Positions 28,624-38,108 of a DNA stretch of 64,000 bases are shown piece by piece. The DNA comes from an uncultured Gammaproteobacteria bacterium (GTDB taxonomy: Bacteria > Patescibacteriota > Microgenomatia > Levybacterales > UBA12049): NCBI GenBank assembly GCA_964507055.1, contig CAZDOJ010000001.1, forward strand, positions 657,313-721,312. The letters run 5' to 3'. A program made the position numbers and the translations under genes. Position 1 is the first letter of the stretch, and each line of letters begins with the position of its first letter. The notes beneath the pieces were generated by a model, which saw only the letters and a program-made list of their open reading frames with translations, searched no databases and had not been told where the DNA came from.

Positions 28624-30035
28624 AAAAAAGCCAGTTTGGTGTGGATCGTGTAGATATCACCTGCTCCCATGGAGACAAGTATTGTATCTGACCTAAACCT
28701 GTTTTCGTTGATATATTTTACCACATCATCCAAAGTCTCAAGGTAAATTACCTCTTTGTGATGATTACTTATGCCTACCGCAAGTTGCTTTGCCGAAACG
28801 CTTGGGTCAGCTTTTTCACGCAATGAGGCATAGATATCTGTTACGACAATGGTGTCGACATCTTCAAAAACTCTCAGAAAATCATTAAAGAGTTGTTTGG
28901 TTCGTGAATAGGTATGCGGTTGAAAAAGACAGACAATTTTTTTCTTTGGATATTGTTTGCGTAATGCTCCAAGAGTTTTTCTAATCTCGGTTGGATGATG
29001 TGCGTAATCGTCATATACTTTCGCACCTGTCTGTAAATCTCCGATAAATTCTAATCTACGTTTTGAACCTTCAAAAGCAAGTAATCCCTTTCTCACTTTT
29101 TCGATTGATAAGCCAACTTCAAGAGCAATGATAATTGCTGCCAATGCATTCAAAGCATTATGTTCACCGGCAACCCGAATTGCGAATTCACCCAATGGCA
29201 CACCATGAGATTTTACCCAGAAGAATGTTTGATCACCTGAAATTGTCGCACGCTCAAGGACATAATCATTGCCAGCTCCAAATCCATATGTTACGGCTTT
29301 ACGCTCATATTCTTTGAGTAACTTCCGAACTTCTGGATCATCACCACATGCAATCAGTAATCCTTTTGGAGACAGGTTATTTGCAAACTCTAGAAATGTT
29401 GAGCGGACAGAATCAATCGTTGGGTAAATATCAGGATGATCATGTTCAATATTGGTAAATATTGCAAAAGTTGGATGCTGCCAAAGAAATCTCGCACGTC
29501 TATCGTGAACTGGTTCTGTTGCATATTCATCAGCTTCGGCAACAAAATAACGACCTTTCCCTAAATAACCTGGCACACCAAGTGATTTTACATCCCCCGT
29601 ACCAATAATATACGAAGGATCAAGCCCGTTTTCTTTTAGGATTGTGGCAATCATTGCTGTTGTTGTCGTTTTTCCATGCGTTCCTGCCACGGAAATACCA
29701 GTAAACTGTTCACCTAGGATTTCACCTTTCATAAAGGCTCCCGTTGCTTCACCGGCTGACATGACAGGAATCTTTTTTAGCTTTGCGGCATGGACTTCAA
29801 TATTGTCATATCCTCCATGTGCTCCCGTTGTAATGACGAAATCCGGTTGGCTGACATGTTCTGCAGCAAATCCCTTGAGCGGTGTAATCTTTGCTTTTTT
29901 CAGTGCTGCATCAGTAATAAATTCCTGATCGACATCTGAGCCGGTTACGTCATACCCAGCGGATTTTGCAATCAAAGCTAGCGGCATCATATTTGTGCCT
30001 TTAATTCCTACAAAATGTATCTGTTTTTTTTTCAT
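28620..30035 (-). CDS. murC: UDP-N-acetylmuramate--L-alanine ligase
   Basis: IHFVGIKGTNMMPLA, GTHGKTTTTAM, DDYAHHPTEI and LFQPHTYSRT give colinear matches to E. coli MurC. Confidence 0.9.
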   Translation of the reverse strand: MKKKQIHFVGIKGTNMMPLALIAKSAGYDVTGSDVDQEFITDAALKKAKITPLKGFAAEHVSQPDFVITTGAHGGYDNIEVHAAKLKKIPVMSAGEATGAFMKGEILGEQFTGISVAGTHGKTTTTAMIATILKENGLDPSYIIGTGDVKSLGVPGYLGKGRYFVAEADEYATEPVHDRRARFLWQHPTFAIFTNIEHDHPDIYPTIDSVRSTFLEFANNLSPKGLLIACGDDPEVRKLLKEYERKAVTYGFGAGNDYVLERATISGDQTFFWVKSHGVPLGEFAIRVAGEHNALNALAAIIIALEVGLSIEKVRKGLLAFEGSKRRLEFIGDLQTGAKVYDDYAHHPTEIRKTLGALRKQYPKKKIVCLFQPHTYSRTKQLFNDFLRVFEDVDTIVVTDIYASLREKADPSVSAKQLAVGISNHHKEVIYLETLDDVVKYINENRFRSDTILVSMGAGDIYTIHTKLAFL

Positions 30036-30748
30036 ACTAGACTTATCACACTGATAAATAATGCATTTCTATCACCTCTACGGTAAGAGTAGAAACGATC
30101 ATCATGCAGGGTACATATCTCTGAAATCGAAATATTTTCCTTAAGTATACCTTCTCTCATAAATATTTGCATCGCAACACTTCGTAGATCTAGATAAAAT
30201 TTTCCTTGCTTTTCTTCCGATATATTCGTAAATGTGGAAAAAACATTCTTAAACTCCTTAATAATATCTTCACTGACTTCGTAACATGAAGCTTCAATCG
30301 AAGGACCGACACCCACGATAATATCTTTGGGATTTGACCCAAAATTTTCAATGAATACCTTTATTGTTTTTTGAAGAATTCCTGCAGCTAAGCCTCTTCT
30401 TCCAGCATGGACCGCACCAATGACATGCTTCTCTGGATCATAAAAAAAGACTGGCAAACAATCAGCAGTCTTTATGGCAAGCGGTAATTCCCTTTTATTT
30501 GTGACCATTCCATCGGTTTGCTCAAGGACGAGTTCCCGATCGTTTTCTACAATCGCAACATTTGTACCATGAACTTGTTTCATAGTAATCGGCATTTTAG
30601 GGAAGTTTTGAGCTTTAGCAAACTTAAGTACGTTGGCAAAATGAAGCTCTCCATTTTCTTTCTTCATCGAACCAAATGCTTTGGTGGAAATTGCGTGTGT
30701 TATTGCTGTGTAATCTGCAAAAATGTCCAATTTTACTACATCACTCAT
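30032..30748 (-). CDS. pgeF: PgeF/YfiH (DUF152) laccase-domain peptidoglycan editing factor
   Basis: The motifs ADCLPV and VHAGRRG are present. ylmD-type genes are common dcw passengers. Confidence 0.8.
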   Translation of the reverse strand: MSDVVKLDIFADYTAITHAISTKAFGSMKKENGELHFANVLKFAKAQNFPKMPITMKQVHGTNVAIVENDRELVLEQTDGMVTNKRELPLAIKTADCLPVFFYDPEKHVIGAVHAGRRGLAAGILQKTIKVFIENFGSNPKDIIVGVGPSIEASCYEVSEDIIKEFKNVFSTFTNISEEKQGKFYLDLRSVAMQIFMREGILKENISISEICTLHDDRFYSYRRGDRNALFISVISLV

Positions 30749-31992
30749 AAAAGTTTTCTCTCTTGTAGTGCTTCTTTTGCTGTTGCATTTTCATCCCATG
30801 GTTCTTCGCCTTTACCATAATTAATAGATTTCTCATGTCCTTTACCTGTCATCATAACGACATCGCCTTTCCCCGCAATCTTGATTGCAAAATGAATTGC
30901 TTCTTTTCTATCAGGAATAACAAAAACATACTTCTGTCCGCTTTTCATCCCAGAGCCGGATGCAATCAATGTGTGATCATGAACAATTTCGAATCGCTTA
31001 TCAGTAATTCCTTTGAGAATCTCACTACTAATCTTATCAATAGGCTCATCTCGAGGATCTTCCGCTGTTACGATAATCACATCTGAATATCGTGAAGAGA
31101 TTTTCCCCATTTCCGGCCTTTTATATGTATCTCTTTTAGCTGCAGCTCCAAAGACATGAATCAAGCGATTATTTGCAAGCTTCTTAATTTCCGGTAGTAT
31201 TTCCGCAAACGAATTTGGAGTATGTGCAAAATCATTGATAACCATAAACTCCTTTTTATAAAGAATTTCTTGACGGCCAGTTGGAGCTTTGAATGTAGCT
31301 ATACCTTTACGAATTGACACTTCAGGAATATGTAATTGCTGGAGTGCCGTAATTGCAGCCAGACAATTATATTTATTAAATTGCCCAATCAACTTCGTTG
31401 TGAATTGGAACGTATGTGGATTTACGTCTGAATCCTTTTTCATACCATATGTCACAATCTCTTCTTTTCCTTTTAGTTCCTTTTTTCTGATCTGCCAATA
31501 TGAATGATCATCTTTATTCACAACTGCGACCTTTGCTCGACGGAGAAGTTTGGATTTAACATGTACATAATTCTCGTAGGTTTTATGATAATCCAAGTGT
31601 TCACGTGTAACATTAGTAACGACGCCAACATCAAAATGTACACCAGAAACTCGATGCTGATCAAGTGCGTGTGACGTAACTTCCAAAACCACATATTGCA
31701 CACCTGCACTCTTTGCTTTTCGCAGATACGATTGGAGTGCAAATCGACCAGGGGTTGTTACATGAAATCCGATATCACTTGCATCACCATTAATAATTGC
31801 ACCATTTGAAGAAATTAAAGCAGCCTTATATCCGGCTGCAATTAAACAGTGGTAGATGAGGCTAGAAGTCGTTGTTTTACCATCCGTGCCGGTCACACCA
31901 ACAATGGTTAACCCTCGAGCGGGAAATCTATACGCAACATTTGCGATAATTGCTTGACCTAAATGATAGACGTTTTTTGCTTTTTGCCACAT
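30745..31992 (-). CDS. murE: Mur ligase, MurE-like (UDP-MurNAc-tripeptide synthetase) lacking the N-terminal domain
   Basis: P-loop GVTGTDGKTTT at residues ~33-43, central domain, and a C-domain with TGRQE, DFAHTP, EDPR (compare the E. coli DNPR mDAP motif) and TGKGHE. It is only 415 aa. Confidence 0.65.
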   Translation of the reverse strand: MWQKAKNVYHLGQAIIANVAYRFPARGLTIVGVTGTDGKTTTSSLIYHCLIAAGYKAALISSNGAIINGDASDIGFHVTTPGRFALQSYLRKAKSAGVQYVVLEVTSHALDQHRVSGVHFDVGVVTNVTREHLDYHKTYENYVHVKSKLLRRAKVAVVNKDDHSYWQIRKKELKGKEEIVTYGMKKDSDVNPHTFQFTTKLIGQFNKYNCLAAITALQQLHIPEVSIRKGIATFKAPTGRQEILYKKEFMVINDFAHTPNSFAEILPEIKKLANNRLIHVFGAAAKRDTYKRPEMGKISSRYSDVIIVTAEDPRDEPIDKISSEILKGITDKRFEIVHDHTLIASGSGMKSGQKYVFVIPDRKEAIHFAIKIAGKGDVVMMTGKGHEKSINYGKGEEPWDENATAKEALQERKLL

Positions 31993-31994
31993 AG

Positions 31995-32573
31995 TTATTT
32001 TAAATAATGCCTGAGTAGCTCAAGAATTTTATCATAATATATGTAATAAATATAACCATTGATAATAAGAAGCACAGGAAAAAGAATAAACTTTTCAAAA
32101 AACTTTCCAGTTGTAACACGAAATGCTCGGATAGGAGGAAATCCAAAACTCCACGGCAAGGGCAAAAGCCATGGAACTCCTTCTTTGGTAAATGTATCCA
32201 TCACTAAATGGGAAACAAAACCAATCATAAAAGCCCACCACACTACTTCTAAATTGATATCCGGGATACTGGGTTGAAGAAATTTGAGGAAGAGATTAAA
32301 AAGCGTTCCAAAGACAATAACACCAATGATTGAGTGAGAAAGAAATCTATGACCACCAAGTAATTTCCCAAAGAATCGTCCAAAGACATTCATAATGGGA
32401 AGATTACGCCAAAAAGGTGCTGTTGACTGATCAATATCAGGAGCAATCCCGCCAACCATATTTGCGGCCAATGCTACAATGGCTGTTCCCATAGTGACCT
32501 CAGGCAAAGGGTGTGTAACGACAACAACAGAAAGTGCTGTAAATGCAGCCAAATCATGTGTTCTTCCTGTCAT
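31995..32573 (-). CDS. Membrane-bound metal-dependent hydrolase, YdjM-like
   Basis: MTGRTHDL..., HRFLSHS and SHLVMDTFTKEGVPWLLP match E. coli YdjM HRGFTHS and SHILADMLTPAGVPLLWP. Confidence 0.55.
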   Translation of the reverse strand: MTGRTHDLAAFTALSVVVVTHPLPEVTMGTAIVALAANMVGGIAPDIDQSTAPFWRNLPIMNVFGRFFGKLLGGHRFLSHSIIGVIVFGTLFNLFLKFLQPSIPDINLEVVWWAFMIGFVSHLVMDTFTKEGVPWLLPLPWSFGFPPIRAFRVTTGKFFEKFILFPVLLIINGYIYYIYYDKILELLRHYLK

Positions 32574-32646
32574 AATACTCAGTATAGCAAATTTTGCTGA
32601 GCTATCCTATTTTGGATTGAGCTTGTTTCAACAATCTAAATATGAG

Positions 32647-33003
32647 ATGCTAAACCAAATTCATATGAAGATTGTAAATAAAACAAACCAAATTACATTG
32701 GCCGAGAACATAATACAGGCAACATCACTGCGAGATCAAACATTGGGTTTACTGGCTCATAAAACTCCAGTGGCAATGCTTCTAAAAAGTAGATTTGGTA
32801 TCCATACATTGTTTATGAAGTATCCGATCGATGTCCTAATTCTTGACAAGCATAACCAGGTAGCAACTATGAAAGAATATATGCAACCAAATACCTTCTT
32901 TATTTGGAATCCTTTGTATAGCACTATTATTGAACTACCGGTGGGAACGATATCCATGACAAAAACAGTACTGAAGGATAAGATTCTATTTATACAATTG
33001 TAA
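32647..33003 (+). CDS. DUF192 family protein
   Basis: From the internal ATG at 32647 (MLNQIHMKIV...) the protein reads ...GLLAHKTP...MLLKSRFGIHTLFMKYPIDVLILD, a DUF192-like pattern. The ORF-track start at 32479 would overlap the convergent YdjM-like gene. Confidence 0.55.
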   Translation: MLNQIHMKIVNKTNQITLAENIIQATSLRDQTLGLLAHKTPVAMLLKSRFGIHTLFMKYPIDVLILDKHNQVATMKEYMQPNTFFIWNPLYSTIIELPVGTISMTKTVLKDKILFIQL

Positions 33004-33047
33004 GACAGACTATAGTAAACAAAACAAAATCTGATATAATCACACTA

Positions 33048-33377
33048 ATGAAACCACAAATTACATATGACGATTTCGTAAAACTAGATATCCGAGTTGG
33101 TACAGTAATTAACTGCGAAGAAAAACAAGGTTCAGATAAGCTCCTCCGTTTAACTGTAGACTTCGGCGAGCATGGAACTCGAAATATTCTTTCAGGAATC
33201 AAGCAATGGTATAAACCCGCTGATTTAAAGGATAAGCAATTTGTATTCGTTTTTAATCTCGCACCACGAAAAATGATGGGAGAAGAGTCTCAAGGAATGA
33301 TCCTTGCGGCTGAGGGTAAAAAACCACAACCACTTAAACCTAAAGCGAAGGTGCCAGCAGGCTCACCAATTCTTTAA
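33048..33377 (+). CDS. tRNA-binding protein (CsaA/Trbp111-like, OB-fold)
   Basis: FVKLDIRVGTVINCEEKQGSDKLLRLTVDFGE...RNILSGI is the EMAP/MetRS-C-like tRNA-binding domain. Confidence 0.8.
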   Translation: MKPQITYDDFVKLDIRVGTVINCEEKQGSDKLLRLTVDFGEHGTRNILSGIKQWYKPADLKDKQFVFVFNLAPRKMMGEESQGMILAAEGKKPQPLKPKAKVPAGSPIL

Positions 33378-33381
33378 TACA

Positions 33382-33945
33382 ATGAACTACTTAGAGTTTG
33401 CCCTTACTATTGGGAAACTAAAATCGTTAAAACGTACCGGATGGGTTCGAAGAAACGTCCCTGATCCTGAAAATGTTGCAGCACATTCTTTCCGAACGGC
33501 CGTCCTCGCTATGACATTAGCACCCCAAGTTGGAGCTGACATTAACAAAACAATGAAAATGGCTTTGATTCATGATATCGGTGAAGCAAAAATTGGAGAT
33601 GTTGTAGTTGCTTCGTGGGATGGAAAACGATTAGACATGCCCAAACTTGTACAAAAAAATGTTGAAGAAACTGCAGCTATTCATGAGATATTTGCTCTTA
33701 TCGATGATACAGATTCTCCAGCACTTTTCGAGGAATTTCAAAAGAAAAAGACACTCGAAGCAAAACTTGTGACAGAAGTAGATAAGCTCGATATGGCAAT
33801 CCAAGCGTATGAATATGAGAAAGCTTATGGAATTGATTTACAAGCATTTTTTAACAATGTCACTTCTATATTAAGGATAAAAGAGGTAAAGAAAATTTTT
33901 AATGAAGTCGAAGCAAAGCGAAAACATCTCACAATTCAACGATAA
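33382..33945 (+). CDS. HD-domain hydrolase, YfbR/HDDC2-like 5'-deoxynucleotidase
   Basis: From the internal start at 33382 (MNYLEF...) the protein carries H..R...LA...MALIHDIGEAKIGD. The ORF-track upstream extension overlaps the previous gene. Confidence 0.7.
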   Translation: MNYLEFALTIGKLKSLKRTGWVRRNVPDPENVAAHSFRTAVLAMTLAPQVGADINKTMKMALIHDIGEAKIGDVVVASWDGKRLDMPKLVQKNVEETAAIHEIFALIDDTDSPALFEEFQKKKTLEAKLVTEVDKLDMAIQAYEYEKAYGIDLQAFFNNVTSILRIKEVKKIFNEVEAKRKHLTIQR

Positions 33946-33947
33946 TA

Positions 33948-35645
33948 CTACTTATCTTCGGTAATAGGCTCTGTTGGGGGAATTCCATAATACGTCAAGA
34001 TGTTTTTTGCGACATTGAAAAAGATTGGAGCAGCAGTTTCTGAACCATAGATTGAAGTTGATGGTCGATCGACAACCACAAGCATTAAGAATTTAGGATC
34101 ATCCGCAGGTGCAAACCCTACAAATGACGCAATTGTTTTATTTGGATCATAATGCCCCTCTACTGGAATTTGAGCTGTACCGGTTTTTCCAGCTATTCGG
34201 TAGCCTTTGGGTGCAGCCCATTTTGACTCCCCATCTTCAACAGCTTTTACCATCATCTCAGTCATAACTCTCGCACTCTTGGGAGAAATAGGCTGACTCA
34301 ATTGCTTTGGAGGGATTGGGATAACATTTCCATCAGCTGTCTGTACACTTGCAACGACATGAGGCTCCATCCGCTTCCCGTCATTTGCTATTGCAGAGAA
34401 TGCGGTAAGTAAATTAATCGGAGTTAATGTTAAACCCTGTCCAAAAGTTGCAGTTGCTTGATCAATTTCGTACCAACTATCACGCTCTCGTAAACTTGGA
34501 TATACTTCACCTTGTAAATCAATTCCCGTTGCCTGACCTACACCGAACTTTTCCATATACGCAAGCATCCTATCCAGTCCTAATAATCTTCCAGTGTAAA
34601 CCATTCCCGTATTATCTGAATGGACAATAACATCGGTCATAGTACTATTCTCTGTATATTCATCATTCCACGTTTTAATTTTGTAACCACTTATCTCTAC
34701 TGGCCCTGCACAAATCGGACATTTCGTATCAGGTTGCAATAACCCAGCGTCTAATGCTGAGGCCATAATGAGTGGCTTAAAAGTCGATCCAGGCTCATAG
34801 GCAAAAGATATAAAGGGATTTGAATAAAGCTTATCTGAGAAATCTTGATATGAACGAGGATCGTACGTGGGATATGATGACATGGCAAGGATACCTCCGG
34901 TCTTTGGATCCATTACAGCGGCCATACCACCTTGTGCACCATATGCCTGAATTCCCTTCTTTAATTCTTGGTCGAGCATGAATTGAATACGACGATCAAC
35001 ATGCAGTATCAAATCACGTCCATCAACCTTTTCTGTATTATCATTCATGTTTGCAAGGATAGGTTGACCACGAGCATCCTTCACGACAATTGCCATGCCA
35101 TCTTTTCCACGCAATTGTCTATCATAATATCCCTCTAGACCAAAATATCCTTTATCCTTTCCTACATCATCTTTACCCACGAAACCCAACAAATTCGCTG
35201 CAGTTGATGCTTCTGGGTAAAAACGAATTGTCTGTTCTTGGAAGCCCACACCTGGTAATTCTTTCGCCTCAATTTTCTCTTTCAATACATGCTCAATTGG
35301 AGACTTCAACGGAACCCAAAACCTATTCATGGAAAGCTGAGCACTTATGGTAGCTTTATCGATATCAAGAAACTTTCCGAGCATTTCGGATTCTTTTTCT
35401 TTATCCTTTACTTCCTTTGGATTGGCAAAAACGAGGTAGGAAAGCTTATTTGCAGCAATTGCATAGTTATCGGAGGTTTTTATTTCTCCTCTTGTGGCAG
35501 TAAGAGTCACTTGGGCATCATATTGTTCCTGACCAAGTGCAGCTAACTCCTGAGCACGAACAACCTGCCAATAGAATAACCGTGAGATAATCAGCGAAAA
35601 CAAGAAAAGAAAGAATAGTAATGTAAATCTATATCGCCATGTCAT
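33948..35645 (-). CDS. ftsI: Penicillin-binding protein, FtsI/PBP2-type transpeptidase
   Basis: N-terminal TM helix, a dimerisation domain, STFKP (SxxK), SDN and KTGTA motifs, at the dcw position. Confidence 0.85.
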   Translation of the reverse strand: MTWRYRFTLLFFLFLFSLIISRLFYWQVVRAQELAALGQEQYDAQVTLTATRGEIKTSDNYAIAANKLSYLVFANPKEVKDKEKESEMLGKFLDIDKATISAQLSMNRFWVPLKSPIEHVLKEKIEAKELPGVGFQEQTIRFYPEASTAANLLGFVGKDDVGKDKGYFGLEGYYDRQLRGKDGMAIVVKDARGQPILANMNDNTEKVDGRDLILHVDRRIQFMLDQELKKGIQAYGAQGGMAAVMDPKTGGILAMSSYPTYDPRSYQDFSDKLYSNPFISFAYEPGSTFKPLIMASALDAGLLQPDTKCPICAGPVEISGYKIKTWNDEYTENSTMTDVIVHSDNTGMVYTGRLLGLDRMLAYMEKFGVGQATGIDLQGEVYPSLRERDSWYEIDQATATFGQGLTLTPINLLTAFSAIANDGKRMEPHVVASVQTADGNVIPIPPKQLSQPISPKSARVMTEMMVKAVEDGESKWAAPKGYRIAGKTGTAQIPVEGHYDPNKTIASFVGFAPADDPKFLMLVVVDRPSTSIYGSETAAPIFFNVAKNILTYYGIPPTEPITEDK

Positions 35646-35720
35646 AGTGCAGTAGTAATAAGTGTATCAAAGCATAGACATAACAGAAAGGCCTGATACA
35701 GCTTCTGTAAATGTAAATGA

Positions 35721-36002
35721 TTATCGCTTAGCCAATGGTAACGGAGCGGCCATGTTGAGATGTGATTTGGCTGGAGCAAATCCCATGGATTTTGCCTTAG
35801 CATTAATTGTTGTAAAGGAAGCTGCCTGAAGATATTGCTCTTTCAATAATTCGTTTTCTTTTTTCACTTCTTCAGCCTGATTTTGCAGATCAACAAGAGC
35901 AACTCCAGTTGTAGAGATATTGTTCACAAGATAAATGCGGACAATAGAAAGGACTACGACTATAAATCCTAGACCTCCTAATAATAATATTGGTTTTTTC
36001 AT
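35721..36002 (-). CDS. FtsL-like small bitopic division protein
   Basis: 93 aa: a TM helix followed by a coiled-coil (QNQAEEVKKENELLKEQYLQ). It lies between rsmH and ftsI and overlaps rsmH by 4 nt. Confidence 0.5.
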   Translation of the reverse strand: MKKPILLLGGLGFIVVVLSIVRIYLVNNISTTGVALVDLQNQAEEVKKENELLKEQYLQAASFTTINAKAKSMGFAPAKSHLNMAAPLPLAKR

Positions 36003-36886
36003 ATTTTTTCAAAAACCCGCAATTTTGAACTTCTCGATCTACTATTTTCGGCAATCTCTTCTTGCGTCGGTATCACAGGCTTTTTCGTAATAATCTTCCC
36101 GAATCCTTTCTCTTCAAAGTCCAAAAATGCACGTTTTACAATCCTATCTTCCAGTGAATGAAAAGATATCACAGCAAGTCTTCCTCCCGTTGCCAGTAAT
36201 GGAATGGCTTTGGGCAAAACTTCCCGTACACTATTCAGCTCATCATTGACTGCAATTCTTAACGCCTGAAAAACCTTTGTCGCAGGATGTATTCCTTTAG
36301 GCGACGAAGGTACCGCTCTTCTGATAATCTCAGCAAGCTCAGTTGTTGTTTCAATCCGTTTTATTTGACGGGTGCGAATAATACTCTCGACAATGGATCG
36401 AGAAAATCTTTCTTCACCCAATTTAGTAAATAATTCAAATAATTCATTCTTTGTTAATGCATTCACTAGATCACTTGCTCGAACCCCCAACTCCTGATCC
36501 ATTCGCATATCAAGAGGTGCTTCCTTCATAAAGCTAAAACCTCTTTCAGCTGCATCAACATGATGGCTCGAGATTCCAAGATCTAAAAGAATCCCTGCCA
36601 CATTTTCAAAGCCATGCTCTTTTGCAAGAACATCAATATCTTTAAAATTACCTTTTGCTAAGATTAATTCTTTACCAATCGTATGTTTTCCGGCTTTAAA
36701 TTTTTTGGCAACATAGTTCAAAGCATCCTGGTCTTGATCAATTCCCAAAACTTTCCCCCCGTGTTCCAGGATGAGTGCAGTATGTCCCGCTCCTCCTAAT
36801 GTTCCGTCTATATATTTTTTCTCAGGCTGTACATTCAGTAATTCAATTGTTTGTCGTAAGAGTACACTTACGTGATAATTATTCAT
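35999..36886 (-). CDS. rsmH: 16S rRNA (cytosine1402-N4)-methyltransferase
   Basis: VSVLLRQTIELL...YIDGTLGGAGH is a canonical MraW/RsmH. Confidence 0.9.
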   Translation of the reverse strand: MNNYHVSVLLRQTIELLNVQPEKKYIDGTLGGAGHTALILEHGGKVLGIDQDQDALNYVAKKFKAGKHTIGKELILAKGNFKDIDVLAKEHGFENVAGILLDLGISSHHVDAAERGFSFMKEAPLDMRMDQELGVRASDLVNALTKNELFELFTKLGEERFSRSIVESIIRTRQIKRIETTTELAEIIRRAVPSSPKGIHPATKVFQALRIAVNDELNSVREVLPKAIPLLATGGRLAVISFHSLEDRIVKRAFLDFEEKGFGKIITKKPVIPTQEEIAENSRSRSSKLRVFEKI

Positions 36887-36898
36887 CCTGCCATAACT

Positions 36899-37327
36899 CT
36901 ATTCTGACTCAGATAGCCTTTCCGCTATTGAATCAATATTCTTTGCTAGTTCTTTTTGATGTTCATCCCAATGTTTCTTATCCCACACTTCAACAAATCT
37001 CTGGATCCCTACAAATACTATTTCATCTTTAATATTTGCAAAATTTCGTAGATACTCCGGAAGCACACATCTTCCCTTACTGTCTAGCTCGATATCTGAC
37101 GCACTTCCCAATAAAAACCGTTGCATCTCACGTGTCGATTTATTTGTAAATGGTTTACCCTCTGTCCCTTCGAGCAAAGTTTTCCAGTTTTCTTCCGATA
37201 CGATGATCAAACAATTTTCAAAACCTTTCGTAACAATTAACTTCTCGCCCAGCTCGTCTCGGAATTTTTTTGGTAGTCCTACTTGATATTTTTCACTAAT
37301 TCGACTTTCGTATTGACCCAACAGCAT
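36899..37327 (-). CDS. mraZ: Transcriptional regulator MraZ
   Basis: MLLGQYESRISEKYQVGLPKKFRDEL...VTKGFENCLII is a duplicated MraZ fold. Confidence 0.9.
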   Translation of the reverse strand: MLLGQYESRISEKYQVGLPKKFRDELGEKLIVTKGFENCLIIVSEENWKTLLEGTEGKPFTNKSTREMQRFLLGSASDIELDSKGRCVLPEYLRNFANIKDEIVFVGIQRFVEVWDKKHWDEHQKELAKNIDSIAERLSESE

Positions 37328-37333
37328 ATGTAT

Positions 37334-37398
37334 TATTATCCTACTTTTTCCTACTTTTGACTACCTTTCACTATTTTCCTCTTTCCGTGAAAAGTTGT
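37334..37398 (-). promoter_or_regulatory. mraZ promoter region: -35 TTGACA (37392-37397, minus strand) followed by three 10-bp-phased AAAG(G)TAGG direct repeats (candidate MraZ operator) ending in the SD
   Basis: Minus strand reads TTGACAacttttcacggaaagaggaaaatagtgAAAGGTAGtcaAAAGTAGGaaAAAGTAGGataataatacatATG. Confidence 0.45.
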
Positions 37399-37500
37399 CA
37401 ACATATAAGATGTGATTTGTAGTGGCTTGAGGGAATTGAAAGCACAAAATGTAGTGTTTTGGAATGTAAGAAAAACTTATTATAGGAGATGTGAAAAGTA

Positions 37501-38001
37501 TTACTCTTCTACTTGGAGGGTGTCTTCAACATTGTAGATATTACCGTCATCTTTTGTAAGCTTAAGTGTGATGTCAACACTACTAACTCCTGAGTCATAT
37601 CGGCAAACATTTCGAGAACAACTACCGAGATCTAGCTCTTCTGATTCATAACTTGATGCACCGGATTCGACATCAGCTTCACCAGTAATCCCTCGCTGTA
37701 CTCTATCTTCGCCGCCTTCACTCTTTTCCTGTGCTGTTGAATCGGCTTCATAAACGAGTTCATATTCAATTGATTCTATACCTTGAGCTTTTGCAATTTT
37801 AAACATCACTTTTTTCTTATCCGGAGTAATTTCCATTGTAAGACCAATTTCTTCTGGGGTAATTGTCTTCACCATAGTTTCTGAAGCTTGCTCTTCAGGT
37901 TCAGCGGTGTTTTGATTGGCGACAAAGTAAAAGGCTCCAAGAGCAAGGAGGACGACAACTACTACGCCTACAGCAATGAGCACACTTTTATTCTTCAACA
38001 T
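37501..38001 (-). CDS. Membrane-anchored acidic hypothetical protein
   Basis: N-terminal TM helix (VLIAVGVVVVVLLALGAFYFV) followed by a D/E/S-rich extracytoplasmic region. Confidence 0.4.
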   Translation of the reverse strand: MLKNKSVLIAVGVVVVVLLALGAFYFVANQNTAEPEEQASETMVKTITPEEIGLTMEITPDKKKVMFKIAKAQGIESIEYELVYEADSTAQEKSEGGEDRVQRGITGEADVESGASSYESEELDLGSCSRNVCRYDSGVSSVDITLKLTKDDGNIYNVEDTLQVEE

Positions 38002-38108
38002 CTCCTACAGAATAACGGAAAGAATGCTCTGCTGTCAAGTGGAGTACTACTCTGACCTACTTCTGACATATTGCTGACCTAAAGAATAAATGGTAGAGTT
38101 AAATTACA

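Noticed and set aside
32479-32646. Upstream extension of the DUF192 ORF
   Set aside because: It overlaps the convergent YdjM-like gene by about 95 nt. The internal ATG at 32647 is a more plausible start.
37391-37398. TTGTCAAC shared between the mraZ promoter and the 44103 palindrome as a common regulator site
   Set aside because: It is most simply explained as the -35 hexamer TTGACA plus chance flank. Two occurrences are insufficient.
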